From contig MU054187.1 of assembly GCA_013239625.1 (NCBI GenBank), positions 4,785,757 through 4,849,756 of the forward strand: DNA of 64,000 bases, written 5' to 3'. This document shows, piece after piece, positions 49,700 to 63,814 of this stretch. This stretch comes from Lama guanicoe (taxonomy: Eukaryota). Positions within the stretch are counted from its first letter, which is position 1; every line of letters begins with the position of its first letter. The notes under the pieces are model-generated. The model was not told the DNA's origin, made no database searches, and saw only the letters and a list, made by a program, of their open reading frames with translations. A program made the translations under genes and the position numbers.

Positions 49700-50712
49700 T
49701 ACTTTGGAATTTTAAAAACAAAATACGAAACACAAATCATTAAAAAAAAAAGACTACAGTAAAATTAAGAAAGTTTACTCATCAAGCCGCCTTAGGAGGA
49801 GAGTGAAGAGGCAAAGCACAGAGGAGGAGAAGGTGTCTACTCACGCACAAAGGACAAAGGTCACGTCTGGACTGTGTAAAGCTCCCCAAAACCCAGTGTG
49901 ACACAGATGGCCCATTGAAAAAGAGGTAAAAAGCTGGAACAGGCTCTTCCAAAAAGAGAAGTCACAATGGCCATGAAGCACATGAAAATATTCTTAACCA
50001 CGCTGATAATCGGAAATGGCGACTGAAACCCGGGTGAAACAGCACGACCTCAGCGCAGTGTTTACAACACATGAAAAAGGGACCTAACAGCAACAACTTT
50101 GGTTACGGTCTGGACCCCCAGGAGTTCTCACCTTGCTGGTGGAGGTGTAAATCTACACAATGTCTCTAGAAACCTGTTGGTATTTAGTTAGTAAAACTGA
50201 AGACACGCACCCCCGAGGCAGAGCAGTTCTGCTCTTGCAGTCACACCCTTCCCACACAACTGTGGACTTGTTTCCCAGGAGGAACCAAAACGCAGGTGTG
50301 AACGTGTTCAAAGCAGAATTAGTCATCACATCCTCAAACTAGATGCACCCAGGTCTCCATCCACAGAAGAACGATAAATAATCCATGCAATGGAGTATTA
50401 CAGTGCAACAGAAATGAGCTCATAATATACCATTCAATGTAGATGAATCTTGAAAATCTGTGGTTAAGTAGAAGAAGCCGGTCTCACTCACTCACTCACA
50501 CACACACGCACCCCTTATACTATGTGATTTTATCTAGGCAAAACTAAAGTATTGTATTTAGGGATGCTCAATTTGATGCTGAATTATAAACCAAAGGGAA
50601 GGGGCAATTAGGAGCTTTTTGGGGTCCAGAAAATGTTCTATTTCATAACTTCGGTAGTGGTTACATAACTATTTTATGATAACTTGTTAAATTATACATT
50701 TATTTATGCAAA
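49700..50712 (+). mobile_element. Old L1 (L1MC/ME-like) 3' region
   Basis: Degenerate ORF2 end (caatggccatgaagcacatgaaaa; ttgctggtggaggtgtaaat) and 3'UTR. Confidence 0.65.
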
Positions 50713-51530
50713 AAAAGAAAGAAGACTATGATATCCATTCAGCCTTTTTTGGGGGCAAGTCACAATTTCCTAGTGCCACAAAAATATTTTAAAAACGATG
50801 TAAGTACTTAATTTTTAGAATCATGAATATTTAGACTTTTCTGAACTCTGATAGTCATATTTTTTTTACAGTAAGTGCTAGAGACAGAAAAATTCCTCAC
50901 AAAATTTGTTGACAATGACAATCTGTTTTACCAAATTTTGCAGAAAATGTGGGCCAATCTCTTTTATTATAACCATATGGAATGTGAAACTAAAAGTCAA
51001 GATTTTCCTTAAATTACTCCAGTCTCAGTAAATGCCTCCAGGCATAAGAGGGGGCTGAAGTGTCTACAGGTCAGACTGTAATGAAAACATCCAGGAATGA
51101 TGCTTCTCCGACACGTCCACTTGATGGCACTAAACTAACACAGAATATGGACTAATTCTCCACCGACGTTTGATGCATTAATGTGCTTTCAATGTGTTTT
51201 CATAATCTTAGACCTTGTGAATTCTAAAGGGCTTTTTTGGCTTAGAGCTTTGGATATATTCAGTAGGAAAAAAGGGATTTAAAATTCTTAAAGAATTAAA
51301 GCTGGGTTTGAGCCTTAAAGAAAGATACATTAAAAGTCTCAGGACGGGCAAATAGAGCTTTTCACGTCTCCTTGCCTCTTGCCTCTTCCAGATCTCCAGA
51401 TGAACTCAAGGAAAATAAATAATTTTTGGCTCTAAGATTTTAGAAGCTCAGGCTTGATAGACATATAGACATTGCAAGATTTCAAACTGGATTCTTTTCT
51501 GAGGAGAAAAAATCGGAGGTTTTGCCCACG

Positions 51531-51883
51531 TGTCTTAGTTCGGGGTGCCTACTGTAGACTTGGGGAGGGGGGTGCTTCAACAACAGACGTGTGTTGCTCC
51601 CAGCTCCGCAGGCTGAGAGGTCTGAGGTCAAGATGCTGGAAGGCCAAGTGCCTGGGGGTGAAGGGGGGGGCACCGCCCGGTTCGCAGGTGGGCGGCCTCT
51701 TGCCCCCCACGCGGCAGAGGGGAGGGAAGCCCTCCTGGCCCCTCTGATGAGGCGCTAACCTTGTTCATGAGGGCTCCATTCACATGCCCTGTTTGCCTCC
51801 CAAAGGCCCCCCTCCTGACGCCATCACAGCAAGGGTTAGGGCCTCCACATAAGAGTTTGGGGGACACAAACCCCCACACACCG
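51531..51883 (-). mobile_element. MLT1A-like MaLR LTR, GC-shifted
   Basis: tgtcttagttcgggg...cctcccaaaggccccc...ccatcacagcaagggttagggcctccacataagagtttgggggacacaaac. Confidence 0.85.
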
Positions 51884-54004
51884 CACTGCAGGGGCGGGGG
51901 CAGAGCCTCTGCTCAGTGGCCGTGAGGACGCCGTCACACGGGCTTGGCTTCTGCCGCTGACGAGGGAGGCTGCCTGCCTTCCCGGAGGAGCATCTTTGCC
52001 TGGATCTTAAAGCACAGCAAGGCTTCTCTGCCATCACTCCTCACCTCTAAGTCGTGAGAAGCGATTCTTGGCCGGTGAAGAGAACTGGGAGACAGAAGAA
52101 ATGAGAGAGGCTGCTGCTCCTTTGGGTGCCTTGGCCCCAGACGGAGTGTATCGAGCGGTCTTGACTTCCGGCTTCAGGACACACGCGTCTGTAAGCACAG
52201 GCCTTGTCGCACGTGTTCGCCGAGAGCGACGATTCTGCTCTGCGCGTGTGGGCATCCGGCGCTGCGGAAGGGGGGACCAACGTGCTAGCGCTGCACGGAG
52301 GACCAGTGATGATCTGAAAAGAGAGCGACAGGGACTTCTGGTCTTAGATCAGCCTTAACCCGTCCTTTTCCTGATTTGGAATACAGTAAGATAATTCAAC
52401 TAAGTTATTTATTTATTTTTTTTAAATACTGCGAGGGCTCCTGCTTCTGTGTGAAGATTTCAAGGTTTCGTCAGTGGCTCTGGAGGTGGTGGGCTGTGTT
52501 TCCCTGGGGCAATAGGAACTCTGCCATATTTTCATCTCTGTTCCTAAAAGCAGAAAACCCAATGACTCAGGGAGCTGGAGACTCACTGAACATGAATATG
52601 ATGACTGAATTGTCCGTTCACGTTCAGTCTAAGACCTGCTCTTCTATCTCCTTCCTTCCTGTGAAGATCTGGTCGTCTAGCACGTCCATATATGAATTAA
52701 GGTCATCGCAAAGCTAGAACATTTGATAAAAAATGCAATGCTTTGTGTGCGTACTTTTAAATATAAAGGCTGTGTGTTTAAAAATAAAGCCCCACTCTGT
52801 GCTTTCCTTACCACTTCCTTCCTCTTTTGCAGCAAAGGACCAGAAGTTTTGTCCATGATACTTCAGATAATGTTTATTTACCTCAAGAAGTCAGAGTGTA
52901 AGTGAGCACTCCTTCAGCATTATTTGACAATATTAAGCAATTTTAGTCTTCTATTAAGTTTTTAGATGTCACCCATAAGAAACAAAAAATAAATGTATTA
53001 CAACAATAAGATTCAAAAATAAGTAGACAGATCTCTTGGACTTTAAAAAATATATTAAAAAACAGAAGAAAAACCCCACATAGGCTAAAAACACACGTAA
53101 AATCTGATCTATTTTTTTTATCATGGAGGGTTCATCTCTATGTTCCTTGAATCATCAGCCATTTGTCAAAATGACAAAAGCAGTATTGTACACAGGAGGG
53201 ATATTAATTTTAACCTTAATTCAGCCAGGAAGGGCTCTGTGAGCCAAATTTGTGTTCATGGCACCTACACAAATTCTCTGAAATATCAGAACAATAGGAA
53301 AGGATTGCAGTGTCAATGTCCTCAAATTTAACAAAATACAGCTTGAAAGCTATGAAGCAAAAATCTCCCATATTTAATGACAGGTTCTCCTGATGTAGAA
53401 AACAAATCTTCACAAGCAGTATCAAGTATCACCATCACATGCTTTAACGAATGACTAAAATCTACAATAATTTTATCATATAAGGGAAGAGAAAAATTGC
53501 TAAGACTTCATGGTTCGTAGGGGTCTTTCTGACTAGGCCTAAAAATGTTTTCATATTTTTGACCCTAAATGTTGTTTCTCTTTACAGTTTTTTTTTTCAA
53601 TTTAATACACAGAGGAGAAAAGCTACTCATTGGCTGAGTCTATAAACTAACAAATATTTGAATTTCTGGGTGAAAACTGAAGCACAGATGAGCCCTAAGC
53701 ACCACATAACTGCAGACAGAATTCTCCGGATCTGGGTGTGTGTCCTCAGTGCCTGGAACACAGCAGGTGCTCAGCGAGCATTTATTGAAAGGACGGACCA
53801 CTGAACACTGTGGATTCTACTTTGTCTTGAGTCTTTCTTTGCCTCCATACCAGTGTCCCTCTCTAGTCCTGGTCCTTATCATCTCTGGTCTAGTTACCAT
53901 ACTAGCCAACTAAGCTGTCTCTCTGGTTTCTGCTCATCTTTCCTCTTATTCATTCTCTACGATATAACTTTGATTTTTTCCCCAAAGCAAATTACATCAT
54001 AAAA

Positions 54005-54165
54005 ATAGCTAACATCTATTAATGCCTAGGAGGTGCCAAACACTCTACATGCCTCATATAATTAAATTCTTCCAGGAACAGTGATGAGTAGGCATGGTAG
54101 TTCCCGATACTAGAGATGAGTAAACCGAAACACAGAGAGGTCAGGTGGACAGGCCAAGGTTAACC
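54005..54165 (-). mobile_element. MIR fragment
   Basis: agagatgagtaaaccgaaacacagagaggtcagg MIR core. Confidence 0.6.
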
Positions 54166-54216
54166 TTGTCTCCGGCAGTCTGCCTTTCTGGGACGTAACA
54201 CCACCTGATGCAAGAG

Positions 54217-54324
54217 GGTGGTTCATGAGCTTGGTCTTCCTGGAACTGTCTTCGTTCAGCACCAAAAGTCCGGTGTTGTAGGAAAGTCCTCTGTCCTAGG
54301 TAAACTGAAACAGCTGGTCACCCT
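54217..54324. mobile_element. MER81-like hAT-Blackjack MITE
   Basis: Ends agggtgg... and ...ctggtcaccct, about 110 bp. Confidence 0.55.
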
Positions 54325-54759
54325 CCACAGGGCAGAAGCGCTTTAGGACAGGTACTTTCATCTCTTCTCTCCCAGCTTTTGGGCTCGTTTATCTGACTTC
54401 CCACTTTTCCATGTTATAAGCCCCACAGTACATTTCTAGTATTTTTGTTTAGTCCGTTTATTCTGAAAAGAGATTTAAGTAGCAGGAAAATCTTGCATGT
54501 TTTCTATGCGCACCCATCCTTTCTGTGGCTCCAGAATTCCATCTCTATGCTCTGTGTTCTGCCTGAAGGATTTCCTTTAATATTTCTTACAGTGTGAGTC
54601 TGCTGACAGTGTTTATTTCAGCTTTTGTATATCGGATACGTCTTTATTTTGATTTCGTTTTTGAAAGAGAATTGAAAGAAATAGAACTGGAGAGTTACAC
54701 TTTGTTCCTTCAGTATTTTAAAGCATGTGCTCTGCAGAATTCTTGCTCACATCCTTTGT

Positions 54760-56425
54760 TTTCCTCCAGTTTTACTGAGATTAAATTGATGTATAACATT
54801 GTATTAGTCCAAGGTGTACAACATAATGATTTGATATCTGTACATATTACAAAATGATTACCCCAAGTTTTGTTAGTATCAATTACCCCACATGGTTACG
54901 ATTTTTATTTCCTGTGATGAGAATTTTTAAGATGTTTAAGATCTTTCATTTTTAAGAGAGTACTCTTAGCAGTTCTTGAATACACACTACAATGTTTGTA
55001 ACTTTAGTCACCATGCTGTGCATTACACCCCCAGGACTTACTTATCTTATAACTGGAAATTTGTTTTTGACCAATCTCACCCATTACACTCCACCCCCCA
55101 ACCTGACACCTCTCTCCTCTGGCTTTTTTTTAGATGCCACATATAAGTGAGATCATATGGTATTTGTCATTCTCCATCTGGTTTTTCACTTAGTATAATG
55201 CCTTTGCGGTCCTCCCATATTGTTGAAAATGGCAGAAATTCCTTCTTTCTTATGCCTGAAAAATATTTCATTGTATATTTACACCACATTTTCTTTACCC
55301 ATTCATCTGTCGATCAACACTCAGGTTGTTCCCATATCTTGGCAATCATAAATACTGCTGCAGGGAACATAGGGGTGCAGATATCTTTGAGTGATACATA
55401 CCCAGCAGTGGAATTACTGGATCACTTGGTAGTTCTATTTTTATTTTTTTTTTTTGAGGAAACTGCATGCTGCTCTGCACACTTGTTGCAGCAATCTACA
55501 TTCTCACCAACAGTGCACCAGGGTTTCCTTATTCTTCGCACCCTTGCCAATACTTGTTATTTGTTGTCTCTTCGATAATAGCTGTTCTGACAGGTGTGAG
55601 GGGATATATCACGGCAGCTTTGATTTGCATTTCCCTGATGATTACTGATGTTGAGCATCTGTTCATGTGTCTGTTGGCATCTGTGTATCTTCTTTGGAAA
55701 AATGTCTGTTCAGCTTCTCTGCCCATTTCTTAATTGGACTTCTTCTGCTGGTTTGTGTGAGTTCTTCACACGTTTTGGATGTTAATACCTCATCAGATGT
55801 GTGATTTGCAAGTACTTCCCCCATTCTGTCGGTTGTCTTTTCATTTTGTTGATGGCGTCCTTTGCTGTCCAGAAGCTCTTCAGTTTGGTGTCATCTCATT
55901 TTATTTTTTACTTTTGTTGCCTTTGCTTTTGATGTCAAATCCAAAAAGTCATTGCCAAACTGATGTCTAGGAGTTTACCCCCTATGTCTTCTTCTAGGAG
56001 TTGTATGGTTTCAGGTCTTTTGTTCAAGTCTTAATCCATTTTGAGTTGGTTTTTGTGCTGAGTGTAAGATAGAGGGTCCGGTTTTCCCAACACCATTTTT
56101 TGAAGAATTTCCTCATTTATATTCTTGGCTCCTTCACTGTGAATTAATTGACCATATATGCATGGTCCGTTTATTTCTAGGCTCTCTGCTCTGTTCTGTT
56201 AGTCTGTGTGTCTGTTTTTATGTCAATATCATATTGTTTTACTACTATAGCTTTGTAATATAGTTTGAAATCAGAGAGTGTGACATCTCCAGCTTTGGTT
56301 TCTTGCTCATGATTGCCTTATTTGGGGTCCACAAAGGATCTATACACATTTTGGATTATTGACTCTACTCTTGTGAAAAAAAATGCCATTGGAATTTTGA
56401 TAGGGGTTGCCTTGAATCTGTAGGT
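54760..56425 (-). mobile_element. L1 (L1MA9-like) 3' 1.7 kb
   Basis: ORF2 remnant in ORF 55529..55726 ([20 protein letters not shown]...LTPVRTAII); 3'UTR ccagttttactgagattaaattga. Confidence 0.9.
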
Positions 56426-57789
56426 AATTTTTGATTCAATGGATGACATTGCAATTTTTACCTTCTTGGGTATTGGTTTTCTTCTATTCTTATAAATATT
56501 TTTGAAGTTTATTTTTTTTCTGGGACACAGTTAAATTACTTGGAAACAGTTGGATCCTTTCAGGTCTTGATTTTAATGACTGTCAGGCAGAATTCAAGCT
56601 GTGCTAGGAACAGTTCTTCCCCACTACTGAGGTCTGACTCCCCTGGGTACTCGACTGAAAGCCCCATGGATTATGAGATTTTCCAGTCTGGCTGGTGGAA
56701 ATAGGCACTCGTCCTGGCCCAGGGCAACTGCTGGACACCACCAGCTCTGATCTTGTGGGTGGTTCTTTTCTCAGCCCCTGAGAGGTTCCTTTTTAGCATG
56801 TTCTGATCTGGACTCAGCTGAATATTTAAGAGGGACCCTTTGCTGATCTCTCATTGTTTTGTGAACATCAGCTTCTTTGGTCTCCCTGGACTTCCATCCT
56901 CATCTCCTCAATCCAGAAGTCCTCTGGGTTCCCCTGGATTCCCCCCAAAGCCTGCACCACTGCCTGGGAAGCCTTTCAAGGCAGTAAACTAGGACAATTA
57001 TAGGGCTGATCTTTAATAAATATGTATGCATTTATAAAAACATAAATATATATATATATGTTTGTTTATTGGGTGTTTCAGATGGAGTCCCTGCTCTTTC
57101 ATTTTGGCTGCAAGTATGAGACCAAAATGTGTTGAGTAAATGATCACAAAATGTTCTCCCTTTCACATTGCTTCTCATCGTAGGACACAAATTTAGTGTA
57201 ACTGTTTACATGTTTTTGAACTTAATTCAAAATTATTTTCATTTTGTTGAGTTACCAGACATGTTCTTGTTTACGTAGACATGATATAAATGAAAGGACT
57301 GAAAACGAAATGATTAACTGCATGGATTAGCTACTTCACAGGAACCAGATAAGCGAAGTAGTTCTCAGTTTGCTGGTTTATGTCCATCTCACCAGTTGCT
57401 TTACTGGCATTTTGAAATAAATACGTTTAATTGCGCAAAAACATTTTAGATGATCTGTCTAAGTGTGATCTAGTTAGATAATAAAATAATAATTCCTTTG
57501 AATGGCTAATATCCATTTACATGGATAGCATCATGACCTATGTAATCTGACTTATTTGAGTTCAACGTTTACTGGACACATTCTAGGGCTAGACACTGAG
57601 CTAAGTCTAGCGATGAATATTAAATAGCCCCTGCCCTGGAGGAGCTCAGGGGGAGGCAGAACTGATGAATGAGTTGACAGTGCAATAAGTACGGCAATTG
57701 CGCTAATTATGAGCTGCAGTGAGAGTGCTGAGGTGGGGCACCTCACACAGCTCAGGACAGTGTGATGGCTGTGAGTGAGAAGGTATCGC

Positions 57790-58333
57790 TCATGCACTGG
57801 GCGACCTCCTCCCCCTCCTTCTTCCTTCCTGGAAGAGCCCTGATTTGGTTATGGTGTTCCCTCTCCTCCTCCCTGGTGGGGCCAGGAAGTGAATGTCCAC
57901 AAGTCTAAACCAGTCACTGCCCATCACTGCACTTCTGTGCCCTGCTCAATGATGGGTTTAGGTGTGGCCGCGTGACACAGCTCTGGGAAGGGGGATGTAA
58001 AAGTAATTCCACAGATGGGACTCTGGACGGGCTTTTCTCCTATAGAAGGAGCCTTGCAAGGAGGAACCTCTTTTCTGGTTTTGATCACAATTATGTGACA
58101 ACATGTTTGAGCTGTGACACCCGTGATGTGCTCATGAAAGGACAGGCCGAGAATGAGCTCTAACAGGAAGAGGACTGAAGAGCAGATGTCCTCGTGGACA
58201 TTGTAGTGTTGCCAAATTGCAAACGTGGAATCTGTCTTTTTGTTGTTGTTGTTATATGAGATAATAAACCCTTATTATTGAAGCCACTTCAAGTTATTCC
58301 ATTACATGCAGTCAGAAGTATCCTAACTGACAC
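57790..58333 (+). mobile_element. Old MLT1-type LTR
   Basis: 3' end AATAAAcccttattattgaagccact...tcctaactgacaca. Confidence 0.55.
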
Positions 58334-58679
58334 AGAAAGTTTCCCAAAGAAGTGAAGCTTGGATAATGCCTTAAAGGACCAAACATATTCATCCCTGGAG
58401 TCAGCTGGATGGAGAAGAGAGCGAGGCCACCCCAGGCAGAGGGAAGAGCTTATCCAAAGACTTAGAAACACAAAGCAACGTGCAGTGCCAGAAAGTACAC
58501 ACAGTTCTGTACTGGACTGTTGTTCTAGTAACTCAGATTTTCTCACTTGGGTAGAATATCTTTTGCACATCATAGGTATCCAATTACTAGTTGCCTGATT
58601 GCTTTTATAACGTTTTCTTTAATTATATTGAATTCAGTCCAAGAATCCCCATTGATGTGCCAGGAATTTTACAGACACA

Positions 58680-59148
58680 TGTGATAGAATCGGACTCTTG
58701 TCTGGGGCAATACCCACCCCAGCTCCCTCCTAAATGCTAAAAACTAAAAACTACATTTCCCAGACTGTCTTGAGAGGGTAATGATTTTTTCCGCCATCAA
58801 TTAGACACTGGACTAATTGGACTAATTACTCAGAACTCTGAAAAGGCAGCCCAGTGAGTAGAGAAACAGAACGTGAAGCATCAGGGTCACGGGTGTGGAT
58901 GTGGGAGGGGTGCCTGTGCACAGATCTGCTCCAGGGTCTCCTGGTTTGTAGGAGAGGCAGCAGTCACCTTGGTGGCCCACGCTGGCAGTGCTGTACTGGG
59001 AGTGATTCCTGGAACCTCAGCCTGGAGTCTGTTTCTTCAGTCCCTCCCCCAACAACTCCACGAGCCATGGACACTCCTTATTCAGTTCTCCTCGTATAAG
59101 CAGCTACCGTGGGTTCCGCGTCTGCGCTCAGGAACCCTGGCTGATTCA
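58680..59148 (+). mobile_element. LTR33-like ERVL LTR
   Basis: ctaaaaactacatttcccagact signature; end ggaaccctggctgattca. Confidence 0.6.
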
Positions 59149-60181
59149 GCACGTGAGACACAGCCCTGGAAGTCAAAGACCTAGGGGCTGGCGGAGCAGT
59201 CACAGGACCCCAAATCTGTCCAGCTATCAACACTTCCCACAGCACTTTCAAAGCGCCTCACTTTTGTGCTATTAATAGGGCTTCTGCGATGCTTAGATGC
59301 CTTTAATATGTGTTCTTTTGACAGAGGCAGAAATTGAGGCCCCTGGGGAGTTAAATGAGATGGAAATAAAGTGGTGGTTGTTGAGACTAGAATTCAGGTC
59401 TTATAACTCCGAATCTAGTGCTCTTTCCTCTAAGTGGTCATTTGGCGAATGGGCTGTTCTACAGGGAACCCGACCGGAATTACATTTTTGCATTACCGAA
59501 AACTTGTCACATGGTCAGACCTTTCTAACAGAGATGCTGGACACATAGGTGGAAAGCTCTGTGGCCCGTTACTGGCCTGCTGAACCACCTCTTCTCACTT
59601 GAATAGCATGTTGAATGGAAACCCATCAGCTAAATGAGAACTACACCAAGCGTTACTGTCACTTCCTCCGCTACCTTCTTAGAGACCATTATGTGGCTCC
59701 ACACGTGTCATGGAAACGTTTATTCTAACCATGAAAAATGAAAAGTTGCTCTTAAAAGTTCAAACAAATTCTTAACGTATGTTTGGTGAGTACGTCCAAA
59801 AGCTGTGGTAATGAAGTTTCTAATTGCATACTATCTTAATGCACATTTTAAAGAAAGAAATGGCTTAATTTTTCATGTTGCATTTTGCTGCTTCAACAAA
59901 GAGATGGTAAATGCTTTTCCTACAACTGCTAGAGGTGCTAAAGATAGCTGTAATAAATGCTGAGGGTGGGGAAAAGATGTGAGCTAAATAAGAAGAGAAT
60001 CGGTAGACCTGTGCAGTCTGGATCCAGGGGGGCCAGTCTGGGGTTCTGCCAGCTGAACACATTTACCTGTTCAGACAGTGGGGACTGCGTGTAGAGAGAT
60101 GCCTTTTAGCTGGAAGGTAAACACGTAATTTACTTGACTGAACCTTTTCTATTAAAAGGCAGATTAAGAAGACTGGCAATT

Positions 60182-60473
60182 CTTGCAGACATAGAAAACA
60201 AACTTATGGTTACCAGCGGGGGAAGGGGGTGGGAAAGGATAAATTGAGAGTTCGAGATTTGCAGGTACTAATATATAAAAAATAGACAAACAACAAGTTT
60301 ATACTGTACAGCACAGGGAACTACATTCAATATCTTGTAGTAACTTATGGTGAAAGAGAATATGAAAATGAATATATGTCTGTTCCTGTATGACTGAAGC
60401 ACTGTGCTGTACACCAGAAATTGACACAACATTGTAAACTGACTACACTTCAATTAAAAAAAATATATATATA
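60182..60473 (+). mobile_element. 5'-truncated camelid L1 with TSD
   Basis: cagacatagaaaacaaacttatggttacc...attgtaaactgactacacttcaattaaaa; 16-bp TSD aagaagactggcaatt (60166-60181) / aagaaggctggcaatt (60474-60489) at a TT|AAGA endonuclease site. Confidence 0.93.
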
Positions 60474-60789
60474 AAGAAGGCTGGCAATTAACTTTCCCCC
60501 TCCCCTCTGTGCTATGAGCTTCTCCACCTTCTACCATTTCTTACCACTCTTGTTTTCTCCCCCCACCTCCATGTATGAGATTCATGCACAGTGAATGAAA
60601 TGAGACTCTTGCTCAGGGCAGGTTGGGAATACTGCTGACACTCTAATAGACACATACGTATGAGAACATGAAACGCCAAGGCACTATCATTATGGGCACA
60701 TTAATTAACTACGTGTCTCTTCCTTCTGACCTCTGCTATCAAGAACGCTTTCAGTGGTGGTGGGGTTGTGAAGCAAAGGGTAGAAATAG

Positions 60790-60990
60790 CTAACGCATGT
60801 CGAGACTCACCGTGGTGCAGTCACGGGGCTAAGTGTGCACTTCCTCACTAAATTTTCACAATAGCTTCTGAGATAGTTACTATTATTATCACGACTACTT
60901 GACATATGAAGAATCTATGAGTTCCAGGATTTTGTAACTTGACTGAGACCATACAATTAGACAGGGGGTGCTTCAGGCTTGTGGAGTTTC
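60790..60990 (-). mobile_element. MIR fragment
   Basis: ttcacaatagcttctgagatagttactattattatc...taacttgactgagaccatacaattag. Confidence 0.55.
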
Positions 60991-61056
60991 TGCATTTTTG
61001 CTCTTTTTCACAAAACTATACTTACCAGGATGAGACTTACTAACAAATTGGCTCCA

Positions 61057-63284
61057 AATGAATTCTGCAAAGTGTTAGGACACAAAACCAACATACAAAA
61101 CCCAGTGGCATTTCTATACACTAATAAGAAACCATCTGGAAGAGAAATAGAAAAAGCAACTCCATGTACAATAATATCAAAAGCGATGAAAATATTTAGA
61201 AAAAAATTTTAACCATAGAGATGAAAGACCTGTACAATGAGAACTATACCACACTGATGGAAGAAGGTGAAGAAGAGGCAAATAAATGGAAAGATATCCC
61301 ATGTTCTTGGATTGGAAGAATTAATACTGTGAAATTGCTCATACTACCCAAAGCAATCTACAAGTTCAAGGCAACTCCTAGCAAAATCCAATGGCATTTT
61401 AAATATAAGTAGAAATAAAACCATCCTTCACTTTAAATGGAATCACAGATGACCTCAAATAGCCACAGAAATCCTGAGAAAGAACAAAGCAGGAGGCATC
61501 ATTCTCCCTGATTTCAAGCTATACTATAAAGCTGTAGTCATCAAAACAGTGTGGCAATGGCATAAAAACAGACAAATCAAGCAAGGGAACAGAATAGAGA
61601 CTGAATATATATATGTATATATAGTCAACCAAGTTTTTTACAAGGGTGCCAAAAACATACAATAGGGAAAGGATAGTCTCTTCAATAAATGATGTTGGGA
61701 AAACTAGAGAGGCACATGAAAAAGAATAAAACTGGACCCTGATCTCACACTTAACAACTATTAACTTGAAATAGATTAAAGACTTACATCTAAGACCTGA
61801 AGCCATGAAACTCCTAGCAGAAAACATAGAGAAAAGCCTTTTGACATTGGTCTTAGCAATTATTTCTTGAGTAAGACACAAAAACACAGGCTATAAATCT
61901 AAAATAAACAAGCGAGATTATATCAAACCAAAGAGCTTTGGCACGATAAAGGGGAAAAAAAACCCATAAATAGAAAAGGCAACCCACCAAATGAGAAAAG
62001 ATATTTGTAAATCATACATCTGATAAATGATTAATATCCAAAATATATTTTACAAACTCATACAACTGAATAGAAAAAGCAAATAATCCACTTTTCAAGT
62101 GGGTAAAGGACCTAAGTAGACATATTTCCAAAGAAGATATGCAAGATCCATGAAAAGGTGCTCAACAGCACGAATCATCAGAGAAATGCAGATCAAAACC
62201 TCAAGGAGATACCACCTTACACTTGCTAGGATGGCTACTGCCAAGAAGACAAGAGATCACAAATGTTGGTGAGGATGTGGAGAAACGGGAAGGCTTTTAC
62301 ACTGCTCACAGAGATAGAAACTGGTACAGCCGTTACGGAAAATGGTGTGGCGGCTCCTCGAAACATTAAACATAGAGTTACCAGGTGATCCAGCAATCCC
62401 AGAGCTGGGTACATTCCCAAAAGAACTGAAGGAAGGATTTTGAAGAGATATTTTATACCCATATTCCTTGCAAAATTATTCATAATAGCCAACATATTTT
62501 CAGTTCAGTGGATGAATGGATAAAGAAAATGTGATGTCTGCACCTAGGTATGCATACTTATAGTCATTTTTCCACAGTCCTCACCAATACTTGTGATCTG
62601 GTCTTTTTAACAGCCATGAGGTGATAGCTCCTTGTGGTTTTGATTTGCATTTCTTTGAAGGTTAGTGATGTTAGGCAGCTTTTCACTTGGCCATTTATAT
62701 GTTTTGTTTTGGAAAATGTCACAAAAGCGCGCACACACACACACAATGGAATATTATACAGCCTTTAAAAAGAAGCTATTTCCACCTGCAACAACATGGA
62801 TGGACCTTGAAGGCATTATGCTAAGTGGAATAAGACAGACAAAAAAAGAAGAAGAAGACAAAAACTGTATGGTATCATAAATATGTGAAATCTTTTTTTT
62901 TTAAAGCCAGTTTTATAGAAACAGAGAACAGAATGCTGGTTTCCAGAGGCTTGGGGGAAGTGCGGAGATGTAGATCGAAGGGTACAAACTTTCATTGTAA
63001 CAATAACTTCTGAGGATCTAATGTACAGCGTGGTGACTACCATGAATATTACAACATTGTATACTTGAAAGTTGCTGAGAGCAGATCTTAAGGCTTCTTA
63101 CCACACACAGACACACACATACACACACAGAGTTACCCATGTGAGGTGATGGATGTGCTAATAATCTTGATCTTGGTAACCACTTCACAGTATATATCAA
63201 ATCATCACATTGTACACTTAAAAGTAGACATATATATTTGTCAATTATTCCTCAATGAAGTTGGGACACCCTCCAAAAAAACCC
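61057..63284 (+). mobile_element. 5'-truncated L1 (L1MA9-like, 2.2 kb)
   Basis: ORF2 remnants (MKDLYNENYTTL...NKWKDIPCSWIGRINTVK...PKAIYKF); perfect 13-bp TSD caaattggctcca at 61044-61056 and 63285-63297. Confidence 0.93.
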
Positions 63285-63814
63285 CAAATTGGCTCCAGTT
63301 AGCTCCTTAATCAGAAATAGCTGCCACCCCTGGGGAGGAGTAAATAACACAAAGAGTGCCAGTGTGATCTGAACATATCAAAGCACATGTTCATTTACCT
63401 GCTTCTCAAATATTACTTACTGAACGCCTGTGTCACAGATTCTCAGAAGAAAAGACATAGCTCCCGCAGATAAGGAATTAGCCTCAGGAGGGGCTGGATG
63501 TTACAATAAGAGCCCGGGATGGGAGATGTGTGTTAAATGTAAGGGGACATGACAGGCGCCTGCAGAAGACAGGAAGGACTTTGCAGAGACGCAGCGTTTG
63601 GGCAAGACGTGAAAGAAAAATAGAACGTTGTCAGTGGACATGACGAGAGAGAACAAGTCTCCCACGTCCGGGGAACCTCAATTACTTCGGCATCGCTAGA
63701 GGTCAGACAGTAGTTGGGCAGGGGCCTGGGGTGAAATGAGGCTGGTTAGGAATGTAGGGGCCAGATCATGAAAGACCTTGTAAGAGATACAAAGGAATAT
63801 ACACTTTTAAAACC

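Noticed and set aside
52597..52680. C/D-box snoRNA (ATGATGA C box)
   Set aside because: No suitably placed D box (CTGA) or terminal stem, and no host intron.
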